This document shows, one piece after another, positions 1 to 14,357 of a stretch of DNA of 55,569 nucleotides (its first letter is position 1; each line of letters opens with the position of its first letter). The stretch spans positions 3,967-59,535 of the forward strand of contig MU271468.1 of the NCBI GenBank assembly GCA_021432655.1. The letters run 5' to 3'. The position numbers and the translations under genes are program-made. Source of the stretch: Atractiella rhizophila (lineage: Eukaryota). The notes beneath the pieces are model-generated. The model was given only the letters and a program-made list of their open reading frames with translations, had not been told where the DNA came from and searched no databases.

Positions 1-241
1 TCTTCTAAGGGTCCATTCCAATGTACTTGTTCAATTCTACAACCCGAAGCTGTTTGCTTCCCCTCAGACGATCATACAGATTACGGCTCCGCGGCATCCC
101 GCTTCCGCTCAAGTGGTCAACATCACAAAAACCAGCAGACTACACGGCTGCTACGGTTTACCCTGTTTACATCACATCTCACAGAGACTGACAAGAGAGG
201 TCCATATCCTGTGATAGAAAGCTATTCCGACGAGAAGAATC

Positions 242-2744
242 ATGATGCGTCGTGCTACCACTTCCCTCCTCTCGAAAACGCCAAAAACGCAACTCTCAAC
301 CGCCAGTGGTCTCCGGCACTTCTCCATCCTAAAATCCAACGTACAGTCATACTATTTCTTTATTATTTGGCTGACTGCAGCGCGCATATGTGTGGTCGAT
401 TAGCTCGATGTAACCTCGTCCACTTACCACTCGAACCAAAAGTACATGCGCTCGCTCGTCTCCCAGCTTGATGAGCTTTTCGAGAATCGAGTGAAGCCAG
501 GGGGAAGCGAGAAAGCGCGGACGAAGCATTTGGAGGCCGGCAAATTGTTGCCTCGGACCAGGTCTGCCTTTCCCATCCAGCGTTCACAACTGTAGTAAGC
601 TGATTCGCATGCCCTGCAACGTAGATTGGAACGTCTCCTTGACCCTTTTTCTCCGTTTTTGGAGTTGTCCCAGTTCGCCGCGCATGGGATGTACGATGAC
701 GAGGTACCTGCTGCTGGCATCATAACCGGAATAGGTACGCTTCTGCCCACTTCTCGCCCTGGGATCTTCAACTGACTTTCCTTGCGCAGGACGTGTGAGC
801 GGGTGAGATGTCAATGATCCCTAGCATCTACATATTGATGCTATTTAGAACTGAGTGCATGATCATTGTCAACGACGTTCGTCTTTACTGGCTCTCTAAA
901 TGTTACTAACTTGCTCCCAACAGGCAACAGTAAAAGGCGGCTCATATCACCCCATGACTGTCAAGAAGCAATTAAGAGCTCAGGAGATCGCAGCACAGAA
1001 TAAGTTACCCTGCATCTATCTTGGTCGGTCCCCTCCGCTTCTTCCGTCCATTGTTTAATCACTCGGGTTCTCGTGCAGTGGAGTCTGGAGGAGCTGCACT
1101 GCCTTACCAGGCGGAGGTGTTCCCTGGTTCGTCCCTCTACTCTTCCGGTTCACTATCAATACTGACGATGGTGAAGATAAGGAGCATTTCGGTCGCATAT
1201 TCTATAATATGGCAAGGATGTCCGCTGCTGGAATACCGTGAGCTCCCCTTTCGCTCAACTAGCATGACATTGAGAACTTTGAAAGGCAAATATCTGCGGT
1301 TTTTGGTATCTCTGTTGTAAGTCTTGTCTTCAGAAGTAGACGAGAGAGTAGAACTGACCGTCATTTGACAGGCAGGTGGAGCTTATGTGCCCGTATGCTG
1401 GTTATACTCCTCCCAAAAGTGCTCGCTAAGCCCTTTTTGCTTAGGCGATGGCGGATGAGAACATCATCGTCCGAAACCAAGGGACCATCTTTCTTGCCGG
1501 GCCGCCGCTCGTCAAGGCTGCAACAGGGGAGGTGGTCGACTCCGAAACTCTTGGAGGAGGAGATATGCATTCACGCGAGAGTGGGGTGACGGATTGGTTG
1601 GTAGACAGTGACATGGAGGCCATTGAGAGGGTCCGGAGCGTGGTCTCGACCTTGAGTTACGAGCGGTCGCTGCCGCTGACGTCGATCTCGACGCCGTCGA
1701 AAGCGGTGGAGGAACCGCTTTTCGCGAAGGAGGAACTGGATGGTATCGTGCCACAGGAGGGCAAGGAGAGATTCGAGATGAGGGAGATCATCGCTAGGCT
1801 GGTGGATGGCAGTCGGTTCGAGGAATTCAAAAAGGAATACGGAGATACTCTCGTCACTGGTTTTGGTTTGTTTCTCCATCTCCATTTGTTTCCCATCCCA
1901 ACTCAGGCGATGGTTCATGACCTACAGCTCACATCCATGGCTATCCCGTTGGAATTGTACGTCCTCTCTTCCGATCAAGGGAGTCCGAGATTTAATGAGC
2001 TACCTGACAGCTTGCAAACAATGGCATCCTCTTCTCCAAATCTTCACTTAAAGGAACGCACTTCATTGAACTTTGTGAACAACGGTCCATACCTTTAGTT
2101 TTTCTCGTGAACATCGCTGGATTCATGGTCGGGAAGTCCGCCGAATCAGGGGCAAGTCCTTCGTAACGCTCCAGTCCATTCCGTTCATAATTGACCTGCT
2201 CCGCAGGGTATCGCAAAGGATGGAGCGAAGCTTGTCCGAGCTGTCGCTGCCACTAACGTGCCAAAACTCACAGTCATAGTCGGCGGGTCATTTGGTGCGG
2301 GAACCTACGCAATGGCTGGACGCGCGTGCGCATCTCTCACCTTCATCCATGACCCCTTCGTTCACTGCTCCATTCTTATCGGGATGCAGGTACGAACCAC
2401 GGTTCTTATGGACGTGGCCCTCTGCTAGGATCGGAGTGATGTCGCCAGACGCCCTGCAGCAGGTGATGATGAGCGTGTCGAAGGATCCGGAGAAGCGGTC
2501 GAGCTTGAAGGCAAAGATTGAGGCTCAGACTTTGCCGCTGTATGCGAGCGCAAGGTTGTGGGACGATGGGGTACGCAGCTTTCTGTCCCTTTCACTATTT
2601 GCCATTCACCTATACCCTGAGTAGATTCTCAGACCTCAAGATACCCGTGCGGCTTTGGGTTTGGGATTGGCGGTTTCGTTGAGAGGATGGGATCCCAAGA
2701 GCAGTCCACATGGGAAGGGAAATTTTGGAGTATTCAGAATGTGA
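242..2744 (+). CDS. MCCC2: Methylcrotonyl-CoA carboxylase beta subunit (carboxyl transferase), multi-exon
   Basis: Exon translations include [58 protein letters not shown] and [10 protein letters not shown], ending FGVFRM*. The N-terminus ([12 protein letters not shown]) resembles a mitochondrial presequence. Many short GT-AG introns. Confidence 0.93.
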
Positions 2745-2817
2745 CAAATGCATTTATATATTTCCATCATGTATTACATCCAACTGTTTTGGTCAAATCA
2801 AACTCAAACCCGGCACC

Positions 2818-4177
2818 TCAACTCCTTCCAAGTCTATTCCCCTCCCCCCTCCTATGCACATCTGTATAGTCATCCCACTCCCTCTTCTCCCTCAAGGCAT
2901 CCTCCTCCTTCTCATAGCCTTCCAGAGTATCATCCTCACCCTCCGCTCTCACCTTCGCCCTCTCCTCCTCCACCTCCTTCGAATTCGTCGGCCCACCTCC
3001 CTGAAGGACGTTTCCCATCGCATACTCCGACTCCAAAAACTCGTCAATCGTCATCGTGGGCAAATTATGCGACGGCTGAAAGACCTCTTGCTGCAATCGG
3101 AGGCGGGTGGCAGAGGCTGAGGATTTCGATGGGAGGATGACGAATGGTCTCAGGACCTTTCCGTCGTCCGATAAGAGCCGACCATCCTCAGCTCGTCGAA
3201 GGGGAGGGTCGAGGCGCCAGCTTACTTCATTTTCTCCGCCCCTCTTCTTAGCGCGCGAATCATCGTCTTTGGAGGAGGATGGGGAGGAAGCGGAGGCTTC
3301 GGAGGTGGGGATGGCGTCTTTTAGGATGTCGAGCTCGGCGGATATGCTGTCGAGTTCGGATAAGGCGCGCAGGTAGTGGAAGGTGATGAGGGAGATGAAG
3401 AGAGGTCGGGAGTGTTCGTCGTCATATTCCCCTTCTCCCGCTCCGATCTTCTGTCGGTGAGACTTGAGCTCCTGTCATCGTTTGATCGGTTAACGCTTGG
3501 TTGGAGAGGGATGGGGAGAAGAGACAAAGATGAACCTGAAGCTTGCCCTTGAGCTCCTTCTCCTTCTTGAACCGCGAAATCTTCATCTCCCTCTTCCGTC
3601 CCATATCAGAAGCCTTCAAATTCTCAGGTGCCCAAATCTCCCTCTCCTTCTTCGGTACGACTTCGTATTGATCGACTTGGGTTTTGAACGCACTCAAATG
3701 CGTCTTTCTTTCATCCACATCCCATCAGCCCTCAACACCTCATCGTTGGTTGGGATAGAATAAATTGGAATGAGGGACGCACCTGAGCCCTTATTAGCCA
3801 CATCTTCCTCTCTTCCGTCCCCTTACACCGCGCCAAGGTCTCCAATTCACCCCTCAATCCGTCAACGAGCAAACACCGCAGGTCGGCAGTGTTGATGTCC
3901 TCCAGAGTCTCATTCGGAGACAGCAGCGAGAGGTGGTCGATGAGCGACCGGGCAAGGTCGAGGTGGGAGAGGGTGAGATGCAGCAGGCTCTATAACGAAT
4001 ACGAATGGACGGTCGCGTTAGACGAGATAGGAAATGGATGGTAGAAGAATGATGGTGAGTGGGACAGACCTGCGTCTGGCCATCGTTGGGCAGCTCGGCG
4101 GATAAGACGGTCTCTGCGCCATCTAGGGCCTTGTCGAGTAGCTGTCCTAGTGTTAGATCCTCTTCGGAAGCCATCAT
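2818..4177 (-). CDS. TAP42: PP2A-associated protein TAP42/alpha4 family, multi-exon
   Basis: Motifs KREMKISRFKKEKEL, QQEVFQPSHNLPTMTIDEFLESE and the C-terminal REWDDYTDVHRRGEGNR are typical of TAP42/IGBP1. Confidence 0.9.
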
Positions 4178-4560
4178 CGCGATCTCTAGCTTGGTCGTTT
4201 CACTCGATTGCAGCTGCTATTCGATCAGTTTGTCTTCCCGAGTATGTCAAATTATTGTAATTATTGTAACCTGAAGGTATCGCGCAGATCACAACTACTT
4301 TCTTTTTCTTCAATAAGGATTCCTTGCTAACAGTATGTATTACTCTCTAAGAGGCAATGACTGAAGAGTCACCCTACAATACTTACACTCCATAATCTGT
4401 GCGCAATCAAATTTTCATCCTTACTTCATTTTACAGTTGACCTCAGGATAGATTCCTGGTTTACTGGCTGTAGTGACGAAAGTAAGGTGGGTATAAATCA
4501 TGCAACAACACGAATATCTCGTGGACGAAAACGGAGGAAAGAAGGGACAGAAGGACGAAA

Positions 4561-5090
4561 TCAATCGGTGTCCATCCTCCCCGAATACTGGCTCAACGCA
4601 TCCTCATATTTTTCTCCTAACGATGAAAAGATCTTTTCCAGCTCTTCCAACGCGGTCCTCATTACCACCGTACAGCTTTTCCCATCTGTTCCATCCAACC
4701 GACTCACATTAGCATTTCCAAAAAAATAAGCGATACGGAAGAAATAAGAAGGGGGGGACTAACGCAGAGTCTGTATTCGGAGATGGATCTTGGGTTCAGA
4801 AGGATGGGGAGCGGAGTACCCGCAGAACTCGACGTCGGGACTTGGACACGGCAGAAGGAAGTGAGTTGATGGAAGGAGAGAAGAGAGAAGGAAGGACATA
4901 CTCTTGCATGATCATCCACCGGAGAACGTTTCCGAGCGTGTGGTCCTCGTTCTCGATCGAGAATGTGCAGGCGGTCAAGTCGGGGTCCCAGCCTGGGAGC
5001 TACAGAAGTGCCAGCTTAAGCTTGAGAAGGTAGTAGTAGAGAAGGGAGACATACAAGGTCCACTTTGAGCCCTGTGGTTCCGTCTGACAT
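4561..5090 (-). CDS. RPC19: RNA polymerase I/III shared subunit AC19 (RPAC2), multi-exon
   Basis: [23 protein letters not shown] followed, after an intron, by [22 protein letters not shown] (RNA_pol_L_2 signature). Confidence 0.9.
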
Positions 5091-5250
5091 TGTATTACTT
5101 CCTCCCTTGTTTTATTCCTACTTTTGCTTTATTCCTTCTGCTTACTTTGTTATGTTGTCAAAATTAAACTTTGGAAATATCAAATTGGGTGCAGAGGAAG
5201 CGGCTTCGGAGCATCCCGACAGTGAGACCAAGTCCAGCTGGAGTGACAAG

Positions 5251-7995
5251 ATGGCTGCAGAGACGCCGCAGAAGATTTCGACGCTAGAAGGCGACTATGT
5301 ACTCTCCCAGGACTTCAAGTGCGCTCTATCTCCTTCCATCTCCTTTCTCCACTTCTGTCTCCTTCCACCTCGTCCACCTTTATTACTACTCCTTCATCTC
5401 CCCTATACCCTAATCCCTATCCCTCGATCTCTTCTGCCCTCTGCCGTCTATCCTGTTCTCTCCATTATCTACTATCTATGAAAGAAGCAGGCTCACAGAG
5501 GGCAACAGTGTCACTGCCGACCCAATCACGCCGTCCCACTACACCAAGCTCACCACGCTCGTCGTCAAATTCAAGAGCGCCCCGCCCTCCTCCGCCTCCC
5601 GCATCCTCGGCGGCGGTTTGCGTTCCCGCGAGCCTTCCCTCGCCACCGGTACCAGCCCCAGCCCCAGCACCCCCGGCACCATCAACAGCAACACCAACAC
5701 GACGACGACGACGCCGTCCGCACCGAGCATGAGCATCGGCGGCGGCGGCTCCAACGCAGGATCGAGCATCGGTACCCCTGGCACGGGCGCTGGGAGTCCA
5801 GCTCCACATCCGTCACGGTGTCCGAAGACGCGTCCCTCCTCCCTCCCTCCGCTCCTTCTTCGGGGAGAAGAAGGACGGTCGGATCGATGTCTACGCCGGC
5901 CACTGTCCCCATCTCCTTCTCTAACCCTTTTCCGTCCCCACAGCCCTCCCCATCGGGATTTGCGCACTCTAGCAGACCGAAGAATGGGTTCAAGGGCACG
6001 AATTCGACTTTTATCAGGAGCTCGGATGGACTCCCGGTCCAGCATGCTACCATCAAGGGGTGGCAGGGAGAGGGAGGGGACGGGAGAGAGGTCCTCTTTG
6101 GATTTTACACCAAGGAGAGAACCGTGATTTGGGTCGAGTTGGGTGGAAAATCAAAGGTGCTATTCTTCTCCTTCCCCTCCTTTCTTTCCGTCCCTTGTTT
6201 TCATTTTGTTTTAGAAGTTGAGTTGACTGGGATGGATTGGAATGCAGGACCAGCTCGCAAAGTTCCAGTTCTCGACGTATCCCACGGCGCTGTCTATCAA
6301 CGCCCACACGTCTTCATCTGAGCGAATCGACCTGCTCATCGGTTTCCAAACCGGCGATATCCTCTGGATGGGTGCGTGCTTCCCCTCCACCCTCACTGCT
6401 CAAACGAACGAACACTAAAACAACCATGGTATCTGGTACAGATCCGATGATATCTAAATACACGCGTCTGAACAAAGGAGGAATGATAACGTCCTCGCCC
6501 ATCACCTCCCTCCACTGGCTCCCAGGGACAGACAACCACTTCCTCAGCACCCACATGGACGGCACGCTCCTCATCTGGGACAAAGATCGGGACGACACCA
6601 CGACCTTTTCGCCCTCCTCCACCTCCCCGACCGCGATCTCTCTCTCGCCAAAACCGACGGCGATCCATTCGGCGGTCCAGGTGGGGGGAACGTCGGATGA
6701 GGAGGGGGTCAGGGAACCGATCGTGACGAGGATGGGAGCGCAGGCGGCGGATAAGAAACAGATCTTGTTGGCCATGAAGTGTAACCCGTTGAGCCATTGG
6801 AAGATCTCGAAGAAGCCGATTCTGAATGCGGCTTTCGCACCGGACAGACATCGGTTGGCGACTGTGGGCGAGGATGGGTGTCTTAGGATCTTTGATATCG
6901 CCACGGAAAAGTCGGTCGTCTCTCTCTTCTCTCCTTTCTCTTGACACACACCCGAAGCTGATACAATCTGTTCATCGTGAAGGCTCTTGGATTCGTATGC
7001 CTCGTATTTCGGAGGCCTCACCACCGTCTGTTGGTCACCGTCCGGCCGATTCCTCGTAGTAAGTCCTCTTCCTCTCATCTCACTTCTCCAACCAATTTCA
7101 TCACCGCAATCCAACATCTAAAACGTAACGCAGACTGGAGGCCAAGACGACCTCCTCACGATCTACGCGCCATCGGAACAACGACTCGTCGCCCGTTGTC
7201 CCGGACACTCCTCCTTCGTCAGCGCCATCGCTTTCGATCCTTATAGGTGTGATGAGGACGAGAGGACGCTGAGGTTCGCAAGCGTCAGTGAGGATTGTAA
7301 GGTCATCTTTTGGGATCTCAATAATGCGGCTCTTCAGCGACCAAAATTGCAGGTGAGTGAATCCTTCCTTTCCATGTCTACCCCTTCAATCCTTTTGTTT
7401 GTTCCCTCCATCGGACTGGTTTGACGATTGCGTTGATATGTTCCGGACGATTTGGGGAATGAAGCATCATGCGGTCTCCAGACGGTATTCTGGACATTCG
7501 ACTCTCAGCCTCACTTTGACGAGGAGGCGGACGACGGAATCGACCACTCATCTTCCCCTCCATCATCATCACGAAGCTAAGGAACCGACATACCATCCTT
7601 CCCTTCGGCGCGACACCACCAACACCCTTCTCCCTACACTCGTACGTCTTTTTCCGCCCGCGCTTCACATCAGTCCGAGCAGGGTTGATCTGATGGACGA
7701 CTGGTTCAATTTCCTGTGGGATGGATGACAGGTAAAACAAATCTCGAACGACCTCCTCGTCTCCCTCTTCTTCCACCAAAATTTCCTCCTCACCCTCTCA
7801 CGCGCTGGTCAGATCAAGCTTTGGTCTCGTCCCTCCACGTCCTCTGCAGACGTCGAGCGTCCCCTCCCTCCGCAAGCGAAGCCGGCTGTGATGGAAGCGC
7901 CGATGCTCCAGAGGAGGAATACGGAGAGGGGACGGGACGCGGGTCATTCTCTGGGGTTGATGCAGAGGACGTCCGTAGTGGATTCTGTGGCATGA
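5251..7995 (+). CDS. creC: Catabolite-repression WD40 protein CreC / WDR20-like, multi-exon
   Basis: [91 protein letters not shown] and C-terminal GQIKLWSRP. Confidence 0.88.
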
Positions 7996-8155
7996 TTCCT
8001 TTCTCTCTCTCTCTCACGGGGTTACCTACAAACAAATGAACTGTTTCATGAGATGAGCGACCCGAATTGTAAGGAGCATCGTGAACTGGTCTATTCTATT
8101 CCTGAGGGTATCAACATTGTTCTATCTAAGGTATCCATTGACTGTATTCCAATAT

Positions 8156-9483
8156 TCATTCGTACTCCCCGAAATCTGTGTGCCCAGTCTCCTTAGCATG
8201 TTGTCGAGCCTCCTTCTCCCCTACCAAGCCTACACCGCACCGTTCGCACTTGAGACTGAAAGTGGAGGTGTCAGTCCAATACCGCTTCGATCGCAGATCT
8301 GAGAGCATCTGGGATTGGAGACGGGGAAGGTAAAAGATTTCAAAATCGCCCAGCGAGAATTGCGTGGTGTCGAACCCCATGTCTTCCGGTGGATAGGTCG
8401 GTTTCGGAGGTGTCGACGGAGGAGGGATGGGAGAGAGCGTGACGGCGTCGTAGTGGATTCCTGTGCACAGAAATCAATGCTGCATCTCATGGAAACTGGA
8501 CTAAGACGAACCGGAGTAGACCAAGATCCCGATCTCTTGAAATGTCGGCTCGTCTTCTCCAAATGTGATTAGGGTACCTGTCCCAACGTCTAATGTTGCC
8601 AATCGAACGCGATAGTGTTTGGAGATGATGGATAGCTCGATCGCCCCGCCCCATGTCTGAGGAGAGGATATCGCCTTGATGTACGATTCGGGAGATTGTC
8701 CAAGCATAGCTTCGCTGTAAGTAAACGGATCCTCCTTGATATGATCGACCACAACTATTACCTCCGTCAGCCACATCGCAGGATCCGAAAGGGCCAACGT
8801 ACCTTGCCGTAGTCGTTTCGGCGCATCTGCAGCCCCATTCGCCAGGATGATTCCCAGCGCTGAGAAGAGACAAGAATTGTCGTCAGGCACCACTCGGAGG
8901 ACAAGATGTCCACCTTCAACAGGGACAGATGAAGCAATGTTCTTCCCCTTCCCTCCCGCCTTCTCCTCAAATTTTGTGCGCTTGTTCGACTCGTTCGAAA
9001 CAGGTGGGCTAGCGCGTTTCCCGCCTGTGATCCCTGAGGAGGAAGTTGAAGAGGAGGATTTGGACAAAGGCTGAGCTCGGAGAGGCGAGACTTGTTTTGG
9101 AGGAGGCGGAGATGGAGAGGATGAAAGGGAGCTTGATGACTCTTTCGAAGACAGATTGATGGACTCTCCGCTCTTGATGCCAAGGTCTTTGAGCTTGGAA
9201 TCTGGGCTCGCGTTCTCGATCGGTTTGGGAGGGAATCCGATTCTCACTGTGTACCTCATTTCAGCCACTGCCGATGAGGACTACGTGGAAACAAAGGTAT
9301 TACGCTCTTGCTCTGTAATTGGTACTTTCGCTTGTGTCGATATCTCCTCCTGGAGAGCTGAAAGGGTGGCGTCATCGTCCAATTTGAGGGTGAAGGTGCC
9401 CTGTGCTGATCTGTTGAGGTAAGGCTTCAGTAATCTGAAGATGGACGCAAAGAGGCATACCTTAGGCGAAGGTTGATGGGCAT
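8156..9483 (-). CDS. OTU1: Ubiquitin thioesterase OTU1 (UBX-like, OTU and C2H2 Zn finger), multi-exon
   Basis: IGFPPKP, VVPDDNSCLF (catalytic Cys), WGGAIEL, YSG|IHYDA across an intron, and C-terminal CERC...EARQHAKETGHTDFGEY. Confidence 0.93.
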
Positions 9484-9950
9484 GGTGTATCTGCGGAATC
9501 GTTGAACTGGTGGCGTGGCGAAGATCAGGGCGTCGCGTCGTCAGCAGCTGGAGCTGGACGAGATTTAAACCTTATTTTATTCTTCACTAATTGATGCAGA
9601 CAAGGAAACAACCAAAACCATGCCTAAACAGGGAATTTTTTCAGGGCTGTGTTGATCACCCACTGCTTTTTGTTCCGTCAGGCTCAAAACCTTGCTGACG
9701 GAACTCAGGAGCGATTGTTCATGGATTCGCGACGTCGCCCAAGCGATCCGAAGCATGCACAAAGGAGCGTTTGATGTGGAAGAAAATATTCCTGAATCCT
9801 GACAACTTGCACAATGCCAACAATAACTTCTATCCACCCGGTCGCTAAAGCTCAATTGTCATCCAATATTCAACTGAATCCGGTTAATTCTGTGACTAGC
9901 TCGAATTCAGATATTGAAAACTCACATAATACCCAAAACACACTATCTCA

Positions 9951-12900
9951 TCATTCGCACACAAACTCTTCCGTTTGACCTTCGACAACCATTTTAACTT
10001 CGTTTAGAACCTTCGAAGTTTCTTCATCCACCTTCCCACCATCGATAACCTCCTTCAACCGTGTAACCGCTCCACCTTGTACGGAAAGGGCTCGAATTGA
10101 TTCCGATGTTGAAGGTAGTTTGACGATAAGGACCGCGAGGAGCCTGGCCGCTCTGAGGACGAACTGAGCATAACTGAGTCAGGAAGACTTCATGAGAGTA
10201 CAGAGAACTCATACATCTACGTTTTCGCTCTTCAGGAGTTTGATGGCGTATTCAACAGCACCAGCCGCCGCCATTGTTCTTGCTCCATTCCCACCTTGCT
10301 CTGTTATCCTTCTTGCTCCCCAGGTATAATCGTAAGGTTTCCGCTCGTCAGTTGCCGAATCTTCTTCGTCCAGGTACTTCCTTACTCCCTCCGCGACTGC
10401 AGCAAACCCTTCACCTTCCTCCCCGTCATCGCAGAATCTTGCGATGATAGGAAACAAAGTCATGACATCGTTATAGTGGCTTGAAAAGTCGGTCATGGCT
10501 CCCTGGAGGAGGGCGTTAAGTACGTCTGAAACTTTCAATTGCGCCGCAAATGACTGTGGGACGGTAGAGATGAACTGCGCCAGGTCATCGAGCGGCGCGT
10601 TCTTGTTGACAAGCCTACTAGCTACGATTTCGAAGGACGGAACCAGGGCGGCAATGAATCCTTCTTCATCCGCACGCTGCCCCATCGCCTTGAGAAAACG
10701 CGCACTTTCTTTCCATGCATAAGCATCCTTCCCCTCAAGTCCCTTGATAGCCAATTGCACGGTGCCACACTCCAACAGGACCTTTCGAGCGGAGCTAGAA
10801 ACGAGGGCGAGAACGCGCGTTCGTTCAAGCAGCTGGAGGAGGGACAGACTCTTCTTCTTCTTGTTTTTCCCTTGGGATACTGAAACAAACGCTTCTTCCA
10901 GGCTCTTCTGTAATTTATCTCGCCCTGAAGCCGTATGACAAGCCAATATTCCGAGTAGAGGGACAAAGGAGGTAACCGGGGCATCCTCGTTCTTGAATAG
11001 CGCAAACAACGCGTCCAAAAGACCTTTACTTTCGTCCGCAAGGCACGCTATCGCTTCCTCTGATCCTTTCGCAAGGTCGAAGAGTGCCTCAGCCACTCGA
11101 GATGCGTCCCATATGTCTTCTCCCTTCACCGCATTGGCTGCCTGACTGACGGTACGATCTTCCTTGAAGAAGTCCGAGCGTAAAGAAGTTCGGAGTGCTT
11201 CATCAGGACATTTTGCGAGTAGAACGCCAAAGGAAGAAAGAGTTGACAAGTCTAACTCGTCCGACACTGACAGTACGTCTAATAGTAACCTCGCGGCGCC
11301 GCCTTGACAAAGTCCTAACGCAAGCTGCGGGCTCGCTGAAGCAATCGTATCCAAAGCACCGGTGTGGGAGGTCAGGAGAGGTAGGAGAGAGGAGACAGTC
11401 GTAGATAAGTCGGACGAAACATGATTCGCGAGGGAAACGAGGACTTTAAGCACGCTTGAACTATCGGAGAGTTGTAAAGAGAGCTTGAGGAGGGGGGAGA
11501 GCAGCGGTTGGGCCGTTTGGATGGCGGGGAGAATCAGACGGAGGATTTCGACGACAGTGTCCGCATGTCTAAGCAGCTCAATTAGTCACGCTTTCAAATC
11601 CAAGCAAAGGGACAGACGATTGACAAAGGTTCCTTTCTTCTTCAGCGCGAGTGTCCCAAGCCTCTACCTTCTTCAAAAAGGCCTCTGAAGCCTCCTTGTA
11701 CGCCTGACTTTCACCGGATGGGTCATCTTTCCACACCTCCGGCTCAGGAGGATATTCCTTCTTTTCCTTGTCCCAGTCGTACGGATGCAGTTCGAGCATG
11801 AAGACGAGATCTCGAACCATTCCCTCATCCCCGATCCCATGCTCCGCCCATGATAAAATCCAAGCCTGCCCACCGTTCTCTTCTTCGACTTCGAGGAGAC
11901 GAAACATGTACATGCAAACCTTGAGCGCCTCAAGCTCCCTCCTCCTAACGATGCGACAGATCATGGTCGCGATATCCGGACTCTTCCTTCCAACCTCTGC
12001 GTCCACTCCATCAGCTGCGAGGAGGCAACGCACCCCCTCTAGAATAGCTTTATCAGCCTTCAAATCATCTTCTTTCTCCAACTGAGTTCGCAGAAGCTTG
12101 AAGACAATATCAACGGCGCCAGCATCTACCGCTGCCTGAGCAACCCGTCTCTTCTGCCTTCCAGCGTGATGACCTTCATATTCTCCATACAGTGATTCCC
12201 AGAAATACACGTCGTGTTCCCCTTTCTCGAGCAACACGCTGAATGCATGTCGTAACGCCTCTTGCCCATTTTCAAACCCCCACGCCAGCCTGCAGAGTAA
12301 AGATAGGCCACCTGCTCGCGAATCTTCGTGACGAAGAAGCTGAAGCGCAGATGAGAGGAAGGTGAGGGAGGAATCGAGTAGCTTCTGCTTCGTCGGGCAA
12401 GGAGGGAGGACGGAATCGGGATCATGTTCATCGTAGCCCCAACTCTCAGATCCATCCTCGCCACTGACCAGCTGAGCAAAAAGAGACGCGCAAGCGCCGG
12501 CAAGCTTCCTGTCCTCGTGCTGAAGATACGGCAGCAGTTTGGACAGATGGAAGTCATCAGAGAGAAGAGAGACAACTTCCGATCGCTGAGGCGAGTTCTC
12601 GATATCTTCCCCAGCTGGGTTTTTGGACGGGGAGTATGAGTCGAAGAGGTTGCTGAAGATAGAGAACAGTGTTGGTGTTGGGCTTGCCTCTAGAGTAGAG
12701 AGGAGTTGAAGCAAAGAACTTTTATCTTGAAGAAGATAGTAGCCTGCAATTTGTTCAATCTCCATAAACTCGACCATCAGTCCCTGTATTACCACATCTT
12801 AACGATTAGGTTGGGATCCAGGCAAAACGAACCAGCAGGTTTTCATCCTTCGCTTGAACCACGTAGTTCCACAGTCCAGCCTCGCAAGTGTATCTCCTCA

Positions 12901-14357
12901 AATCAACAAAGCTGTCCTTTACGCCTTTGATGACTTGAAAGACATCATCCCTGGTTGCTTCATTGAAGATCTCTTTACAGGCCGTTGTGCATGCGTCGAA
13001 ACCCTCCTTCCCATCCGAAAAGCTGCCTATGACCCATTCCAAGCCTGCACTTTGAATCGCTTTCTCCCTGGAACCAATGCACTTGAACAGCTTCTTCACG
13101 ATGCCATCACCGGTCATTATTGCCCCCCTCATGTAAAGCTCTTCATTTTTACTGAAGAAAAATCCGATAGCCTTAGCAAGTACTTCAGGGTTTGAAGTAG
13201 ACATGAAAATTTGGGTGGAGATGTAGAACAGAAAGATTTTAGGCTCGGGATCTTTATCGATGGCGTCGTGCTCCAGAAAGAGGTCGTGGTCGGAAAGATG
13301 GGCGATCAAGCTGATAATCGCGACCTGAATCTGAGGATAGCCACGAGAGGCATCGTCTGCCATGAGCATCAGAAGGAAGTCGAAGGCACCGCTGGAGATG
13401 AAGACATTGTCTACCGAAGTCCACCCGAATAAGACTGACAGCTCCCAAAATTCGAGAATTGAGATCTTCTCCTGCTCGCTGAGAGAGGCCACGGAAGAAA
13501 GTTGCGCCTTGAAATGATTAGCCAAAGTCGCTTCCCTTGCTTTCGTTGAACTAGTCTTCCGTTTCCCTTCCGCTTCATCTTCGTCCTCGCCTTCCTCCGT
13601 TTCCGTTGCTTCACTATTCAGCATCGCCTCCAATGCCCATCCAATGTCGTTGCGCTCCGAGATTCCGCCATCCTTCAGAGCGCGAATGAGTGTATGCACG
13701 TTCTCATCAAAAAAGGAGTTCTTGGTTGCGACTCCGACTTCGTTCGAACGCAGGAGCTGGCACGCTAGCCCATAAATGGACCCACGGTAGACTTCGTTTC
13801 TCGATTCGTGGAGATCCTTCAAGATGGGAGGCAAGCAGACTGCGAGCTGCAGATATGATCCCGTTGGGTCCTCCTCGATCACAGCTTCGATTTTCTGGTA
13901 GCACTATGCAATAGTCTGATGTCAGGAAACAGCAATGATATATTTCAGAACGACGTACCTTGATGTGCATATCTTCGCCATCCTTGGAGGAGGGAAGCAT
14001 GCCAGTCAAGTATTCCGGAATCTTCTCCACCTCAATCGAACCTAGTTCAAGCCGCGATTTCTCTCTCTCTTTCTCCTGCTCACGCTTCATCTCGTCCCAG
14101 ACCGCATTGGCGATTTCATCCAGCGCATCATCTGCTTTATCTGACGAATCTTCAGACTCCTCTGCGGAGCGAGAAACCTATTCAGCAAAGTAGCAAACAT
14201 GGGAGCCGTACAACAGACCTTCTCCCTCGGAGCTCCCATTCTCCAGGTTTGCTACATCATCAACAAGCTCTTCTTCTTGCCTGTTCTTGTCGTCTGAATC
14301 TCCCAAGATGACGACAATGTGGTCCTCGTCCCTCTCTTCGAAATCACTGGCAGGCAT
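9951..14357 (-). CDS. Large (~1300 aa) alpha-helical ARM/HEAT-like repeat protein of unknown function, multi-exon
   Basis: Long minus-strand ORFs 12806-13882, 11578-12795 and 10209-11453 can be joined by plausible GT-AG introns. ARM-like units include AVDAGAVDIVFKLL, LLECGTVQLAIKGL and AAAGAVEYAIKLLKS. The N-terminus is acidic. Confidence 0.7.

Noticed and set aside
5465..6127. Many overlapping ORFs on both strands and (ACG)n / (GGC)n runs
   Set aside because: These are shadow ORFs of the GC-rich low-complexity Ser/Pro/Thr/Gly region of CreC.
9577..9860. Short ORFs between OTU1 and the ARM-like gene
   Set aside because: No motifs or splice structure; likely promoter/3' UTR sequence or an unassignable relic.
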